From assembly GCA_964187785.1 (NCBI GenBank), contig OZ076413.1, positions 46,006,001-46,070,000 on the forward strand: a stretch of DNA of 64,000 bases, written 5' to 3'. The stretch comes from Amphiscolops sp. MND2022 (lineage: Eukaryota). Both the position numbers and the translations under genes were made by a program. Each line of letters begins with the position of its first letter. Position 1 is the stretch's first letter. A model generated the notes under the pieces. The model saw nothing but the letters and a program-made list of their open reading frames with translations, searched no databases and was not told where the DNA came from. Of the stretch, positions 1 to 10,438 are shown piece after piece.

Positions 1-883
1 AGCTGAAAAAGCCGAAAAAATCCAAAACTGCAAGACCGTCAGTGCCTTATACCTAACGGGCACAACCAATAGAGGGTTTATCCCAGTGTCACGGATAGCG
101 GGGCGACACGCTGGTCCCATTTTGCCCGCCGTATTACTTCCTGAGGTGATCCTCTTGGTCAATTTGTGAAAAAAGTCGTCAAAAACAGTGTTTTTTTGTG
201 TACAACGTACATAGTAGGTCGGGACTTCAAATAAGCGCTTGCGCTTCAATTCGACCATATCAGTGGCATTGTAGGTGCCCACTGGCATAAACTATCAAGT
301 TTGGTGCCGATCTGTGCGATACTTGTTGAGAAAATAGGAAAAACGCGGCGCCCAAAAAAGTGCGCAAAAAGGCAGTTTTTTCTTAATTTTTCCAAGTAAC
401 CCGGGCACCTTAGCCGACGGGTGGGGCCATATTGCAGCCTATCATCGTAACCTGTGCTAGTTCCTACGTTGTTGCAGCGAATTTGAGCTTGCTAGCTTTT
501 TTCAGTGGACCGCAATCTTGAAAAAGACGTGAAAAACAGTGTATTTTGGTACATAGTGGTACCGCACGTCTATACCTAGGCGAAACTGTGTAGAAGGGGC
601 GCAGCTCAAAACTGTGTTTATTTTCGTAAACCTACGGTACCTAAGGTCTGCTGGTCAATTTTGGGCTTGATACAACGCCTCCAGCGCGCACGCGAGCCTC
701 TTGAGTGTTGTAGTGCAAATTTTGGAAAATCCAAAAAATCTTTGAAATTCTTCCTGTGAGTGACCGGAGACGTTTTGCCCCGAACCAGGTTGATTTTCTG
801 GCCCAGTGTGCTTGTGGAAAAGCGCTGTGTAAATTTGAACAGCCTACGAGCCTTAAAACGTATTTCGAGAAATTTGGGACGTT

Positions 884-3800
884 GTGAAACAGTCGAATTT
901 CTTAAGTCCACACCGAGACGAGCCTAAAGCTAACAGTGACTCGACAAATCCCGCGTTTTTCGAGGCTTCTTCAAAGGCTACGTCCGAATCGTTGACACCT
1001 GCTCTGCCATTGGCATTGTGTGTAATGGTCCTACCAGGCCTGGAAAAGCTTGACATGAGTTCGCAGTCATGGGTGAGTATAGGATCCACAATGGACGGTT
1101 CGCATTTTTCAGACGAAATGTCTGACGAAGTCACTATCGAGCAACAACGAAAGGAGGAACTGGCCGCCATGGTCCCTCCCTCCGAGGGTTCCGTTGCATC
1201 TGGAAGCTCTCGTCGAACCGAACAATGGGTCGAAGAAACCTGTCGTGAAAGAGCCAATGAAGCAGAAGAAGAGTGGCCCAACTCAAACGTGACCAACGAA
1301 CTTGCAGCTGAGGAAGGGTGCTCTCGCGCACCCCTAGGGGAACAAATGAGCTCTCGCCTACAAATCACGGTGGATGAGGATCTTACCTACTCGGAAGACA
1401 CGAGTGGTGCGAGACCGCAAGGGACTGGAGTCACTCGAAGTAACACTAGAGTTTGTGCTTATGGAAAACACAAGAAAGTGCGACCGCCCATGATAAATGT
1501 AGGTGAACGTCAAGTTGAGGTGCCTCGTAAGAGGAGCGTGGCAGGTTCAGTGGCATCATCCCAACGATCTTCGGTGTACAAAGCAGCAATATTGGAAGCC
1601 CAAGCTGAGACCCAACGTGCCTTAGCTGATCTGGCTAGCACTCGTGCTGGATGCAATGACCAACACCGTGCCATCGCAGAAAATATGAGAACATTGCAGA
1701 CAACGATGCGAGAAGGTCTACAGGTCAGTGATCAACTGCGAACCGCGCAGAACACGCAGAGCGCTCGCGTAGATGCACTAGGCTACAGAATGGGTGAGAT
1801 GAATGACCTTCTGATGGCCCGTGAACTTCGTGTGGAAACCCAGATCAATGATTTGAGTAACCAAATGCACACTGTGCTCAATGCTATCAACATCATGAGG
1901 CGCGAAAGGTCCCTCCCACGACAAGCTGGTGCCACTGAAGATGTGCCGATCGCGGATTCAATGAAGGCCACGGAATCATCGCACCGGAGTCAGGCAACAA
2001 AACCCGAGTTGGCGAGCGTATTGAAGCCCAGCACCTCCAAGTCGACAACGCCTGAAACCCGAACCAGGGATCCTGTGCCCATCCTGGCTGCTGTGGAGCG
2101 CAAACCTGCACGGGTGCAGGTAAGGGGGCCCCACGACTCCTCGTCGATGAGCCAAATGACATCCTCCATAGTTCGAAGTGCCACCCGAGACCAAGGTGTG
2201 GACCCGATGTCACCTATCTATCTAGATACTTCTACCGAAGTTGATTTATCCTGTACTAAGGCCACACTAGGGTCCCAGACCGATGGGGCTGCGTATGTGA
2301 CGGCCCCTACCATGGTTTCTGGAACGGACTCCATGTATCTGACCGCCGACTGGACAGCTGAGGACGGGATGCCCTCGGGCGCTCCCTGCGCGAGCAGCAC
2401 TCGCAGGAAAGAAGACGTGACGAACCTCTCGGTGCGAGCTACGCATGGCAGTGACGACGGCACCGATGATGTGGCGCCTAAAGAAGGAGAGGCTGAAGTC
2501 ATTTCTCCTGAGCAATTGAGGTTCACTGCCGCCATTTCCAAGGCAATGTCCAAAGAACTAGCACCGTTACTTGCGGGACGTGACCTGGCTCAGACCAAAC
2601 CCAGTGTGTATCGAGGCTCTAAGGACGGATCTATTGATGGCTGGATCCTAGTGATGCAGCGATACTTAAAGAGAATCCAAACCAAAATCTCGGCCGAAGA
2701 TCGGGCCTGGAGTATTATCGGTCACCTCGAGGGTGAGGCTCGCAACTACATTATCAACAAGGCAGAGTCTGAACGTGACACCCCCGAGAAGGTGTTCGAG
2801 CTGCTATCTAGTCGATTTGGCGCGGGAGGAAATCGCATGCAGGTGCGGCAGACTTTCCAAAGCCGCGTCCAACAAGAAAAAGAAGACTGGATGCAGTACT
2901 TAGACGCTTTAGAGGGTCTCAGGAGCCAAGGGTTCCCGCAAGAAAGTATCACTACGAAACGCTATGAAATCTTGCAACGCTTCATGGAAGGTGTGCGAGA
3001 TCCAGTGTTGAGGCGTGAACTTGCTATAGTATACGCCTCGGAAACTTTTCTTACCGAACCCCCTACCGTGGAGTCCTTGCGATTTACCACACGTCAGCTG
3101 CAACGCAATCGTCCCAGACCCACCCAACCTCAACAACCCTATGATCCCCGATTAGCCATGAGGTCTAGACCTCATCCTTTCGCACCACTACCGCCGAACA
3201 AGATGGTTATGCCGCAGGGCGTGTTGCCACCTCCGGCGCCCCCCCAAAATGTCCCAGCTCCGGCTGTCCCAGCTCCCGTCCGAGCGCCAGTAGGTGCTTG
3301 TTTTCACTGTGGGCAAAACGGACATTTTGCTCGCGAGTGCCCCAATCGTGACCAGGCCCGAAAACCAATGACCGCCTCCGAACCAGAGGGCGTGAAGGTG
3401 ACCACGGAAGACACGACCGATGGTATCCTTGAAGGTCATCCAGGGATCTATCAATGCGCGAGCTGTGGCCTTTTTGATCAGGCGGAAGTGCAATGTGGAG
3501 AGCACTCCCATGCGCCGAAGCCCAATGAAGAGTTGGCCTACAATCGGTGGGCTGAGGTCGAATCAGCTGGCATCGCCGCGCACACCGTACCTTTGGAAGA
3601 TGATCGTGTGTTGATGCTACATCCAGCGGAACCGCCTGCGTTCCACACTCCGATGACTTTCACTTGTGGTGCTAAGCAAGTTCAAACCTGCTTGGAACCC
3701 ACAACGTTCGATCCGCAAGGACGTACACTGATTTCAATTCACCTGTTGCTGGCAGCTGAGCAAACACGTAGGCCGACTCTAACTCTGGCGAAGCTATGGG

Positions 3801-6268
3801 TCGAATTATCTATCCTCTATAAACGAAACGAGTTACCTCGACCGAAAGAATGGTACGCTCCGGGAGAGTCTGCGACTCTGACAACGTATTCCCCAGTGCC
3901 AGTCTGCGCTTCAATGGATGGAGTGGACATGAAGTTCGAAGCCTGTGTGGTGGTGGATGTATTTCCCCCTGGCATTTGTCTGGGTCCCCAGGAGCTCAAA
4001 TGCTATAACATCAATCACCAGGAGCCCACCGGCGAAGCGCGTATAGATGAGCGTGCGTCGCTCGTGGTCTCTTTCGTGGTGCCTCATGCAGCACCTATTC
4101 CGCTGCGAGGGCTGGTGGACACTGGCTCGGGCGTCTCCATACTGACGTTTTCCGCCTTCAACAGAGTGGCAGCTCGAACTGGAACGGTACTTAAACCCTA
4201 CCAAGTTGACCTATACGCAGCCAACGGGAAGACAATAAAAACCTACGGCCTCGCAGAACACATCCATTTCCAGCTGGGAGGATACGAACTTGAAACGAAC
4301 TTTGTGATGGTAGATGACGCAATGGGCGTGGAAGACTTCCTATTTGGCCGGAACTTTCTTCGCTCCTACCAGGTGTTAGTGGATCTAACATCTATGAAGA
4401 TTGTGGTGCGAGCACCAGTGAAGCCTGTGTGGCATCATGCTCACGCACAGGTAGGTGACACTTCAATAGCTACTCCAGTCGTTTTGGACAGTGACTTGGT
4501 CCTGCAACCTTTTGAACGAGCGGTGGCTAGAGCCAAGCTCGTCACCAACGCACTAGAGCCGCTGATTTTTCAAAGCGTAGCGCTCAATGCCTCTTTGTCT
4601 GACACTACGTTGCACAATGTCGTCTTTTTAGAGGACAGCGTGGCCACTGTCAGTGAGACAGGAACACTCTTTGTGAATCTGATAAATCTCACCAGCAACC
4701 CTCAACGTATGCGGTGTGGTGTACAACTGGGCACCGTAGTACCCGTAACGGTAGTATACCAAGCAGTACCTCAATGTTTGGACTCTCCCACTACAACCCG
4801 CACAAAAACTGACGCCGACGACAGTCGTGCAAATTTTGTTCATAAAGTTTATAGTGAAGTGAATCTATCTACTGCTTCTGAGTTAACCTCTTCTTCCGAA
4901 TTTGAGTTTTTGTCCTCTACTGACCCTAGCGAGGCAGGACTATCGGAGCGCGAGATTCGTAAGCGAACAGACCCAGAGCTAATGGCTCCGATTCCTGGGC
5001 CGGAATCTCAGCTCAAGGCGGTCAAGGATTTGTGGGGCGCTAGCGCCTGCGAATCTCTCCGTAACCTCCTCGATGAATTCGATGAGCTGTTCATGAAACA
5101 CAAAGCAGACATCGGTCGGTGCACTATCGCTAAGCACACCGTGGAGGTGGAACCAGGGGCTGTACCGCATCGCGAAGGTGCTCGTCGGATGTCCCCTGAG
5201 AAGGCCGAACGTGCCAATCAGGAGGTACGGAACCTCTTAGCTCTGGGAATGATACAGCCCTCGCTGTCCCCCTGGGCGAGCAGCATCGTAATGGTGAAAA
5301 AGAAAAACGGGGAGTTGCGCTTTTGCTGCGACTTCCGCCCGTTAAATGAGGTAACCATTAAGGATGCTTATCCCTTGCCCCGCATCGATGAAAGCCTGGC
5401 ACGGCTAGGCAAAGCAAAGATCTATACCAGCATAGACCTTGCTTGGGCCTTTTGGCAAATTCCCGTGCGCAAAGCGGATCGCCACAAAACCGCTTTTGCT
5501 TGCGAATTAGGACTTTTTGAGTGGCGGCGAATGCCATTTGGTATGTGCAATGCATCTGCCACGTTTCAACGGTCAATAGCGCGTGCGCTAAGGAATATTG
5601 TCAATCGTGAGGGCAGCATGGTCATGGCCTACATTGATGATATCGTGATTGCCACGGAGACTGTGGAAGACCATATGGTACGTCTACGTGAAGTCTTTGA
5701 ATGTCTCCGTGAAGCCGGTTTCAAAATGCGCGTGGCCAAATGCGATTTCATGAAATCGGAAATCAAATATTTGGGACGAGTGGTGTCCGCAGAAGGAGTG
5801 AAGCCCGACCCAAAAGCCGTCGTCAAGTTGCGTGATTGGGAAATTCCCCGTAACAAGACGGAGATGCAGAGTTTCCTTGGATTTGCCAACTATTATCGCG
5901 AATTCATTCCTTGGCACGCTAAGCTGGTTGCACCCCTGCACGCCGTCACTGGACTGAATGCCACCTTCGCCTGGGGTCCTGAGCAACAAACCGCATTCAA
6001 TGAGATCAAAAAAGCCCTAATCGAGGCAACTGCGCTCGCGCAGCCTGATTCCGAAGGAGAGTTTGTGTTGGACACTGACGCTAGTGCTGTCGCCATTTCG
6101 GGTATCCTGCACCAGTGGCAAGGTCCTCCGGGTGAACGACGCCTGAGACCGATAGTTTACGGTAGCAAGAAGCTCACCACCACACAAGCCAAGTACGGAG
6201 CCCCCAAACTTGAAATGTTCGCCGCTTACTATTTCATAGTGAAGAATCACAGCTATCTATGTCCCTGA
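884..6268 (+). CDS. gag-pol: Gag-Pol polyprotein, N-terminal part (Gag with CCHC knuckle, pseudo-protease, aspartic protease, dUTPase-like spacer, RT, start of RNase H)
   Basis: CFHCGQNGHFAREC (3299-3340), LVDTGS (4118), RT motifs YPLPRID, RMPFG and YIDD (5630), RNase H DTDAS. Probable true start is ATG 1055 (MSSQSW, conserved in copy B). Ends at an in-frame TGA inside RNase H. Confidence 0.93.
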   Translation: MKQSNFLSPHRDEPKANSDSTNPAFFEASSKATSESLTPALPLALCVMVLPGLEKLDMSSQSWVSIGSTMDGSHFSDEMSDEVTIEQQRKEELAAMVPPSEGSVASGSSRRTEQWVEETCRERANEAEEEWPNSNVTNELAAEEGCSRAPLGEQMSSRLQITVDEDLTYSEDTSGARPQGTGVTRSNTRVCAYGKHKKVRPPMINVGERQVEVPRKRSVAGSVASSQRSSVYKAAILEAQAETQRALADLASTRAGCNDQHRAIAENMRTLQTTMREGLQVSDQLRTAQNTQSARVDALGYRMGEMNDLLMARELRVETQINDLSNQMHTVLNAINIMRRERSLPRQAGATEDVPIADSMKATESSHRSQATKPELASVLKPSTSKSTTPETRTRDPVPILAAVERKPARVQVRGPHDSSSMSQMTSSIVRSATRDQGVDPMSPIYLDTSTEVDLSCTKATLGSQTDGAAYVTAPTMVSGTDSMYLTADWTAEDGMPSGAPCASSTRRKEDVTNLSVRATHGSDDGTDDVAPKEGEAEVISPEQLRFTAAISKAMSKELAPLLAGRDLAQTKPSVYRGSKDGSIDGWILVMQRYLKRIQTKISAEDRAWSIIGHLEGEARNYIINKAESERDTPEKVFELLSSRFGAGGNRMQVRQTFQSRVQQEKEDWMQYLDALEGLRSQGFPQESITTKRYEILQRFMEGVRDPVLRRELAIVYASETFLTEPPTVESLRFTTRQLQRNRPRPTQPQQPYDPRLAMRSRPHPFAPLPPNKMVMPQGVLPPPAPPQNVPAPAVPAPVRAPVGACFHCGQNGHFARECPNRDQARKPMTASEPEGVKVTTEDTTDGILEGHPGIYQCASCGLFDQAEVQCGEHSHAPKPNEELAYNRWAEVESAGIAAHTVPLEDDRVLMLHPAEPPAFHTPMTFTCGAKQVQTCLEPTTFDPQGRTLISIHLLLAAEQTRRPTLTLAKLWVELSILYKRNELPRPKEWYAPGESATLTTYSPVPVCASMDGVDMKFEACVVVDVFPPGICLGPQELKCYNINHQEPTGEARIDERASLVVSFVVPHAAPIPLRGLVDTGSGVSILTFSAFNRVAARTGTVLKPYQVDLYAANGKTIKTYGLAEHIHFQLGGYELETNFVMVDDAMGVEDFLFGRNFLRSYQVLVDLTSMKIVVRAPVKPVWHHAHAQVGDTSIATPVVLDSDLVLQPFERAVARAKLVTNALEPLIFQSVALNASLSDTTLHNVVFLEDSVATVSETGTLFVNLINLTSNPQRMRCGVQLGTVVPVTVVYQAVPQCLDSPTTTRTKTDADDSRANFVHKVYSEVNLSTASELTSSSEFEFLSSTDPSEAGLSEREIRKRTDPELMAPIPGPESQLKAVKDLWGASACESLRNLLDEFDELFMKHKADIGRCTIAKHTVEVEPGAVPHREGARRMSPEKAERANQEVRNLLALGMIQPSLSPWASSIVMVKKKNGELRFCCDFRPLNEVTIKDAYPLPRIDESLARLGKAKIYTSIDLAWAFWQIPVRKADRHKTAFACELGLFEWRRMPFGMCNASATFQRSIARALRNIVNREGSMVMAYIDDIVIATETVEDHMVRLREVFECLREAGFKMRVAKCDFMKSEIKYLGRVVSAEGVKPDPKAVVKLRDWEIPRNKTEMQSFLGFANYYREFIPWHAKLVAPLHAVTGLNATFAWGPEQQTAFNEIKKALIEATALAQPDSEGEFVLDTDASAVAISGILHQWQGPPGERRLRPIVYGSKKLTTTQAKYGAPKLEMFAAYYFIVKNHSYLCP

Positions 6269-9200
6269 AAATTCACCCTGCGGGTGGACAACCAAGCCTT
6301 GTCCTGGTTGAAGACCTACTCCACAGATCAAGCATTAATCGGTCGATGGATCATGACCCTGGAGAAATATCACTTTCGCGTGGAACACCGCCCAAGGACC
6401 CAACATCGAAACGCCGATGGCTTGAGCAAACGAACCAACGAGTATCGATGCCGCGAAAAACAGCTTGCACAGCAGCCAGCTGCGGGCGAACGCTGGAACT
6501 TTCTTTCAGCTGACGAATTTGATAAGCTACCTGTTGCCCCATGGTTCGACCTTCAGGGTCGAGTCATCCCGAACCATCCCGAGTTACCTGCGCACCTGCA
6601 GAACTTGGAGCCTAAGGCTCCCGACCAATTGCTACGCGTGCTTCGCCGCACCAAACGAGCGAGCAGGAGGGACAGACAAGCGAAAGCATTCGCAGCCCCT
6701 TTGCCACCTCCGCCTGCCCTTGCTCTGCAACTGCACGAGGATGCCTATCCAGACTACCCTGAGGATTGGATTGATGTGACTGATGAAGCACGCGAAGATT
6801 ATCTATTGCCAACGCATGCCGTAAATGTTCCCTCGCGTACCGTCTATGCTATTTCCGGGGCGAATCCTGTGGCGTTGCAAGGTACTCCCTCGGGTGTGCG
6901 CGACTCAATTATGGCTCTTAAAGATATCAACACTGAACTTCACGAACATGCTCACACCGTGCATGGTATCAAAGATTTGGTTCTAGCCCAAAACCGTGAT
7001 GTTCATGTGCTAGCACTCAAAAAGTTGGTGCTGAACGAATCTATTGATCACGACGTGTTTCCCGAGAACGTGCGTGAGTTCGCACGCAACTACTACCGCC
7101 AGAAGAAAACCCTCCTGTTTATCAACAAGAATGGTGTACTTTGCGTACAATACCCTCCCAACCAACGTCCCCTGCACGAACGTCCGTGCATGATCGTCAT
7201 GCCACAACTGTACCAGCATGAGATTTTATTCCGCGCGCATGACGCCATGGGACATCAAGGTATCTCCAAAGTGGTGGCTAGGATTCAAGAACGTCACACA
7301 TGGCCTGGTATTCGGCGCAGCGTGGGCCGTTACGTTGGCCAATGCCTCACCTGTCAACAAGTGCGGGATAAGCCTGGTGACGTCCGATTCCATCTAAAAA
7401 ACATCCAAAGCGGATACTTCAACGAATTGGTTCAATATGATCATCTGAAAATCTGCCCCTCAGACAGTAATAACACTGGCATTTTGGTCATAATTGACCA
7501 TTTCTCCAAGTTCGCGGAAGCAGTGCCCTGTAGTCATCATGACTACGACGCTGTGACTACCTCTCGGTTGCTGTTACAAAAGTGGTTCGCCCGTCATGGC
7601 ACACCCACTAGGATGCAGTCTGACAATGCCCCTAATTTGACTGCCGAGGTGTCCAACGAATTCCTAAAAGCAGCCCACGTTACCAAAGTAACCTCTACAG
7701 CTAGCCATCCGAGAACCCAAGGCTTGGTCGAGCGCCAAAATCGGACGCTGCTGACCCTACTGCGAGTTTTTTGTTCCCGCCGTATGCGCGATTGGGACCA
7801 ATGTCTTGATGAGGTCATGGGTGCCTACAACTCTACAAGGCACGCTACCACTGGCTTCTCCCCTTACATGCTGACCCGTGGCGTAGAGAAGGCCATCCCT
7901 CTCACGTTCTTGTATCCCGAGTTTGCTGCCAAATCATTCGAGTCGCATGAGGCGTATGTCGATCATGTACTGGCTCGCCAACAGGAAATACATGACCTGG
8001 TGCGGCGTAATACGCACCAAGCCCAATTGCGTCAAAAATTAAAGTACGACCGTGCTATACAAGCGCGAGCTTACCAAGTAGGCGAGCTCGTCTGGGTTTT
8101 TTGCCGCTACGTACCGCAAAAGGGTTCCCCGAAATTGATGCGTGCCTGGCGGGGCCCGCACAAAGTGGTACAAGTTTTTCAGGACGGTCGTGTCTATGTA
8201 CTAGACACAGGTCAAAAGGTTCATTTTGAGCGTCTTAAACCGCACCACAGTGGCCCCCTTGAACTTGCTACTGCACACTCGGACAGTGGTGAGGTGGTGG
8301 TCCTCATGGACCCCGAACCTGAACGTTCCGTCGACGTAGTTGATGACGACAAGTCCTTATCGTCGTATAAACCCGAACAACTACTTTCAGAGGCGTCCGA
8401 TGCATCTTTGCCCTCACGCCGACGTCACTGGATGGACACTCGACTACGCACGAAGCTTCGCGCAGGCGGCTCCCGCCCGCATTATCAGCAATTTGACTAT
8501 TCCACCTCGGGTACAGACGACGAACTATCCGATGCCATGTTGCCGATCCCTCCTAATCCAGTGGACGAGGATCTGGTGGAGCCTACGGCTCCTCCGACTA
8601 CGTTGGATCAGTCGATATCTCCTGCCCGTGTACTACCCCAACTGTTCTCTGACCATGAGCGCGTGCGCTCACCGTCTCCGCAAATATCCTCTGAAGAAGA
8701 GACATCGTTACCAGGAACCTCAGCATCCTTGTTGACGAATCCCTCGCTAACCAACTTTCTTAGTAACTATCCCATATGGCCGACCGCCCCTCCGATTCCC
8801 CTCAAGTCTGCCAGCAGCGACAGCAACGTTCAGCCCGATCTGCCTGATGCTCCCGAGACTTCGCCAGGAGCGGGGACCGCTCCTTCTTTTAAAAGGGGGA
8901 GGGGGAGACCACCCAAGGCACAGAAGAAACGGCTGATTCGAGCGAAGGCAAGAACGAGGAAGAAAGAAACACCGAGAAAAGCCGAAACTGAAACTGCGAT
9001 CCAGGCCGAAACGGAAGCTCCCAGAACTGCAGAGACGCTAACAGAAGCATCTGCAACTGCTCTTAGGTATCAACTAAGGAGTAAGCGACAGCCGCGCTAC
9101 AAGTGTGGAACCTGCGGGCTGCGAGATTGTGTCTGCTTATTTGCTGTGAATGAGAACCGGAGGGTTCCCATTGGAGCCCGGGGAGTTCCTCCGGAAGAGA

Positions 9201-10438
9201 GAGAAAACTTGGTGTACCGCCTCACGGTGCGGGCCGAAAAAACCTACTCAGCTGTAGAGCGGTCCGGAGACTACCCTGTGGACACTATCCTGGAGAAATT
9301 GTCACTGCCTGGGGTAGCGAAGGCCCCTTGTCCTAGGTTTAAGGAGTGGACAAGCGATGGCAAAGGCCTGGAGTTTACCCTGCCCACGGTGTTGCCCCCC
9401 GTGCCTAGTAATATTGCGTTTGGACCATTCAATTTTGAAAGGGAACCTGTGCAGATGATCCGATGCATCACTGCTGACTTGTTGTGCGACAAGTACGGAG
9501 TCCAGGTGGAACCGGGAGGGGTATACAGCCCGGCTCCTCACTGGTGGCTGCTGGTAACAGCTCCACGAGTGGAGGCGCTGGTGGAACCGTTGAATCTGTT
9601 ATCCTGTCTGGAGAGTCTGAGGACCCTCACCACTATGGACTTAATACTTTGCTTCCATATCATAGACTGGTATCGAGGCAAGATGAAGTTCGCGTGGTGG
9701 CTGGAACTGATAATCACATGTTTCGCCACCTATCCCAGAATTCGACTATTAGATGAGTGGACTCACACTTTCGAGATCCCCTTGTTCCCCAAAGCCGCCC
9801 TGGGAACTTTAGATGCGTGGGTAAAGGCCGGCAGCGACAATCGAGCGATGCCCCGCTCAGTGTGGCAAGACCTGGCTGCAGTCCAAGGGCGTACCCCTCG
9901 CGTGTGTCTGCCCCCCGATAATGGCCCTGGACGAGAGATTGTTTACCCGGGAGCCCTGTATCCGAACTCAGCCGAACACGTCTCTTACGATGAATCCGAT
10001 TTCTTGCAGGCCGAGGGCGACATAGTGTTAGCATGCCCTGCTGACCTAAAGACCAACTCTGCCGCCCTGCGATATGTGCTGCGGGAGTGCGGCATGGAAG
10101 ATGTATTTGCCTTACGACCTAAAGTGGGCGAGATTCTCACTATCCCGCCCGATGTGAACCCCAACCCCAACCAGAGTATTCACCTGTTGATAGTCCGTGC
10201 TAACCAGCGCGCACCGCTGCTGACAGACGACTACTTGCGTTGCATGACGCACTTGACACAGCGCCTGATTGATAAAGGATCCACACGGGTCCACCTACCG
10301 ATTCTGGATCCCGAGAGACCGGCTTTCTCGTTGGTTAACCTGTACCATACTCTAGCGAGCATGTTCGAGGGTACTGGTATTCACGTGGTTTTGCATAGCC
10401 GCGTATATGTATCAATATTAACTATAGGGCTGAAGTAG
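6269..10438 (+). CDS. pol: Gag-Pol polyprotein, C-terminal part in the same frame (end of RNase H, integrase, long tail with AT-hook, Cys cluster and two macrodomain-like units)
   Basis: Same frame as 884..6268; HDAMGH...CLTC zinc motif; DDE residues in QYDH/QSDN/VERQN; GPY/F-like WRGPH...VHFERLK; KRGRGRPPK; CGTCGLRDCVC. Confidence 0.93.
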   Translation, partial: KFTLRVDNQALSWLKTYSTDQALIGRWIMTLEKYHFRVEHRPRTQHRNADGLSKRTNEYRCREKQLAQQPAAGERWNFLSADEFDKLPVAPWFDLQGRVIPNHPELPAHLQNLEPKAPDQLLRVLRRTKRASRRDRQAKAFAAPLPPPPALALQLHEDAYPDYPEDWIDVTDEAREDYLLPTHAVNVPSRTVYAISGANPVALQGTPSGVRDSIMALKDINTELHEHAHTVHGIKDLVLAQNRDVHVLALKKLVLNESIDHDVFPENVREFARNYYRQKKTLLFINKNGVLCVQYPPNQRPLHERPCMIVMPQLYQHEILFRAHDAMGHQGISKVVARIQERHTWPGIRRSVGRYVGQCLTCQQVRDKPGDVRFHLKNIQSGYFNELVQYDHLKICPSDSNNTGILVIIDHFSKFAEAVPCSHHDYDAVTTSRLLLQKWFARHGTPTRMQSDNAPNLTAEVSNEFLKAAHVTKVTSTASHPRTQGLVERQNRTLLTLLRVFCSRRMRDWDQCLDEVMGAYNSTRHATTGFSPYMLTRGVEKAIPLTFLYPEFAAKSFESHEAYVDHVLARQQEIHDLVRRNTHQAQLRQKLKYDRAIQARAYQVGELVWVFCRYVPQKGSPKLMRAWRGPHKVVQVFQDGRVYVLDTGQKVHFERLKPHHSGPLELATAHSDSGEVVVLMDPEPERSVDVVDDDKSLSSYKPEQLLSEASDASLPSRRRHWMDTRLRTKLRAGGSRPHYQQFDYSTSGTDDELSDAMLPIPPNPVDEDLVEPTAPPTTLDQSISPARVLPQLFSDHERVRSPSPQISSEEETSLPGTSASLLTNPSLTNFLSNYPIWPTAPPIPLKSASSDSNVQPDLPDAPETSPGAGTAPSFKRGRGRPPKAQKKRLIRAKARTRKKETPRKAETETAIQAETEAPRTAETLTEASATALRYQLRSKRQPRYKCGTCGLRDCVCLFAVNENRRVPIGARGVPPEERENLVYRLTVRAEKTYSAVERSGDYPVDTILEKLSLPGVAKAPCPRFKEWTSDGKGLEFTLPTVLPPVPSNIAFGPFNFEREPVQMIRCITADLLCDKYGVQVEPGGVYSPAPHWWLLVTAPRVEALVEPLNLLSCLESLRTLTTMDLILCFHIIDWYRGKMKFAWWLELIITCFATYPRIRLLDEWTHTFEIPLFPKAALGTLDAWVKAGSDNRAMPRSVWQDLAAVQGRTPRVCLPPDNGPGREIVYPGALYPNSAEHVSYDESDFLQAEGDIVLACPADLKTNSAALRYVLRECGMEDVFALRPKVGEILTIPPDVNPNPNQSIHLLIVRANQRAPLLTDDYLRCMTHLTQRLIDKGSTRVHLPILDPERPAFSLVNLYHTLASMFEGTGIHVVLHSRVYVSILTIGLK

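Noticed and set aside
6259..6290. Programmed frameshift between the two pol ORFs
   Set aside because: The ORFs are in the same frame; the break is a point stop within RNase H
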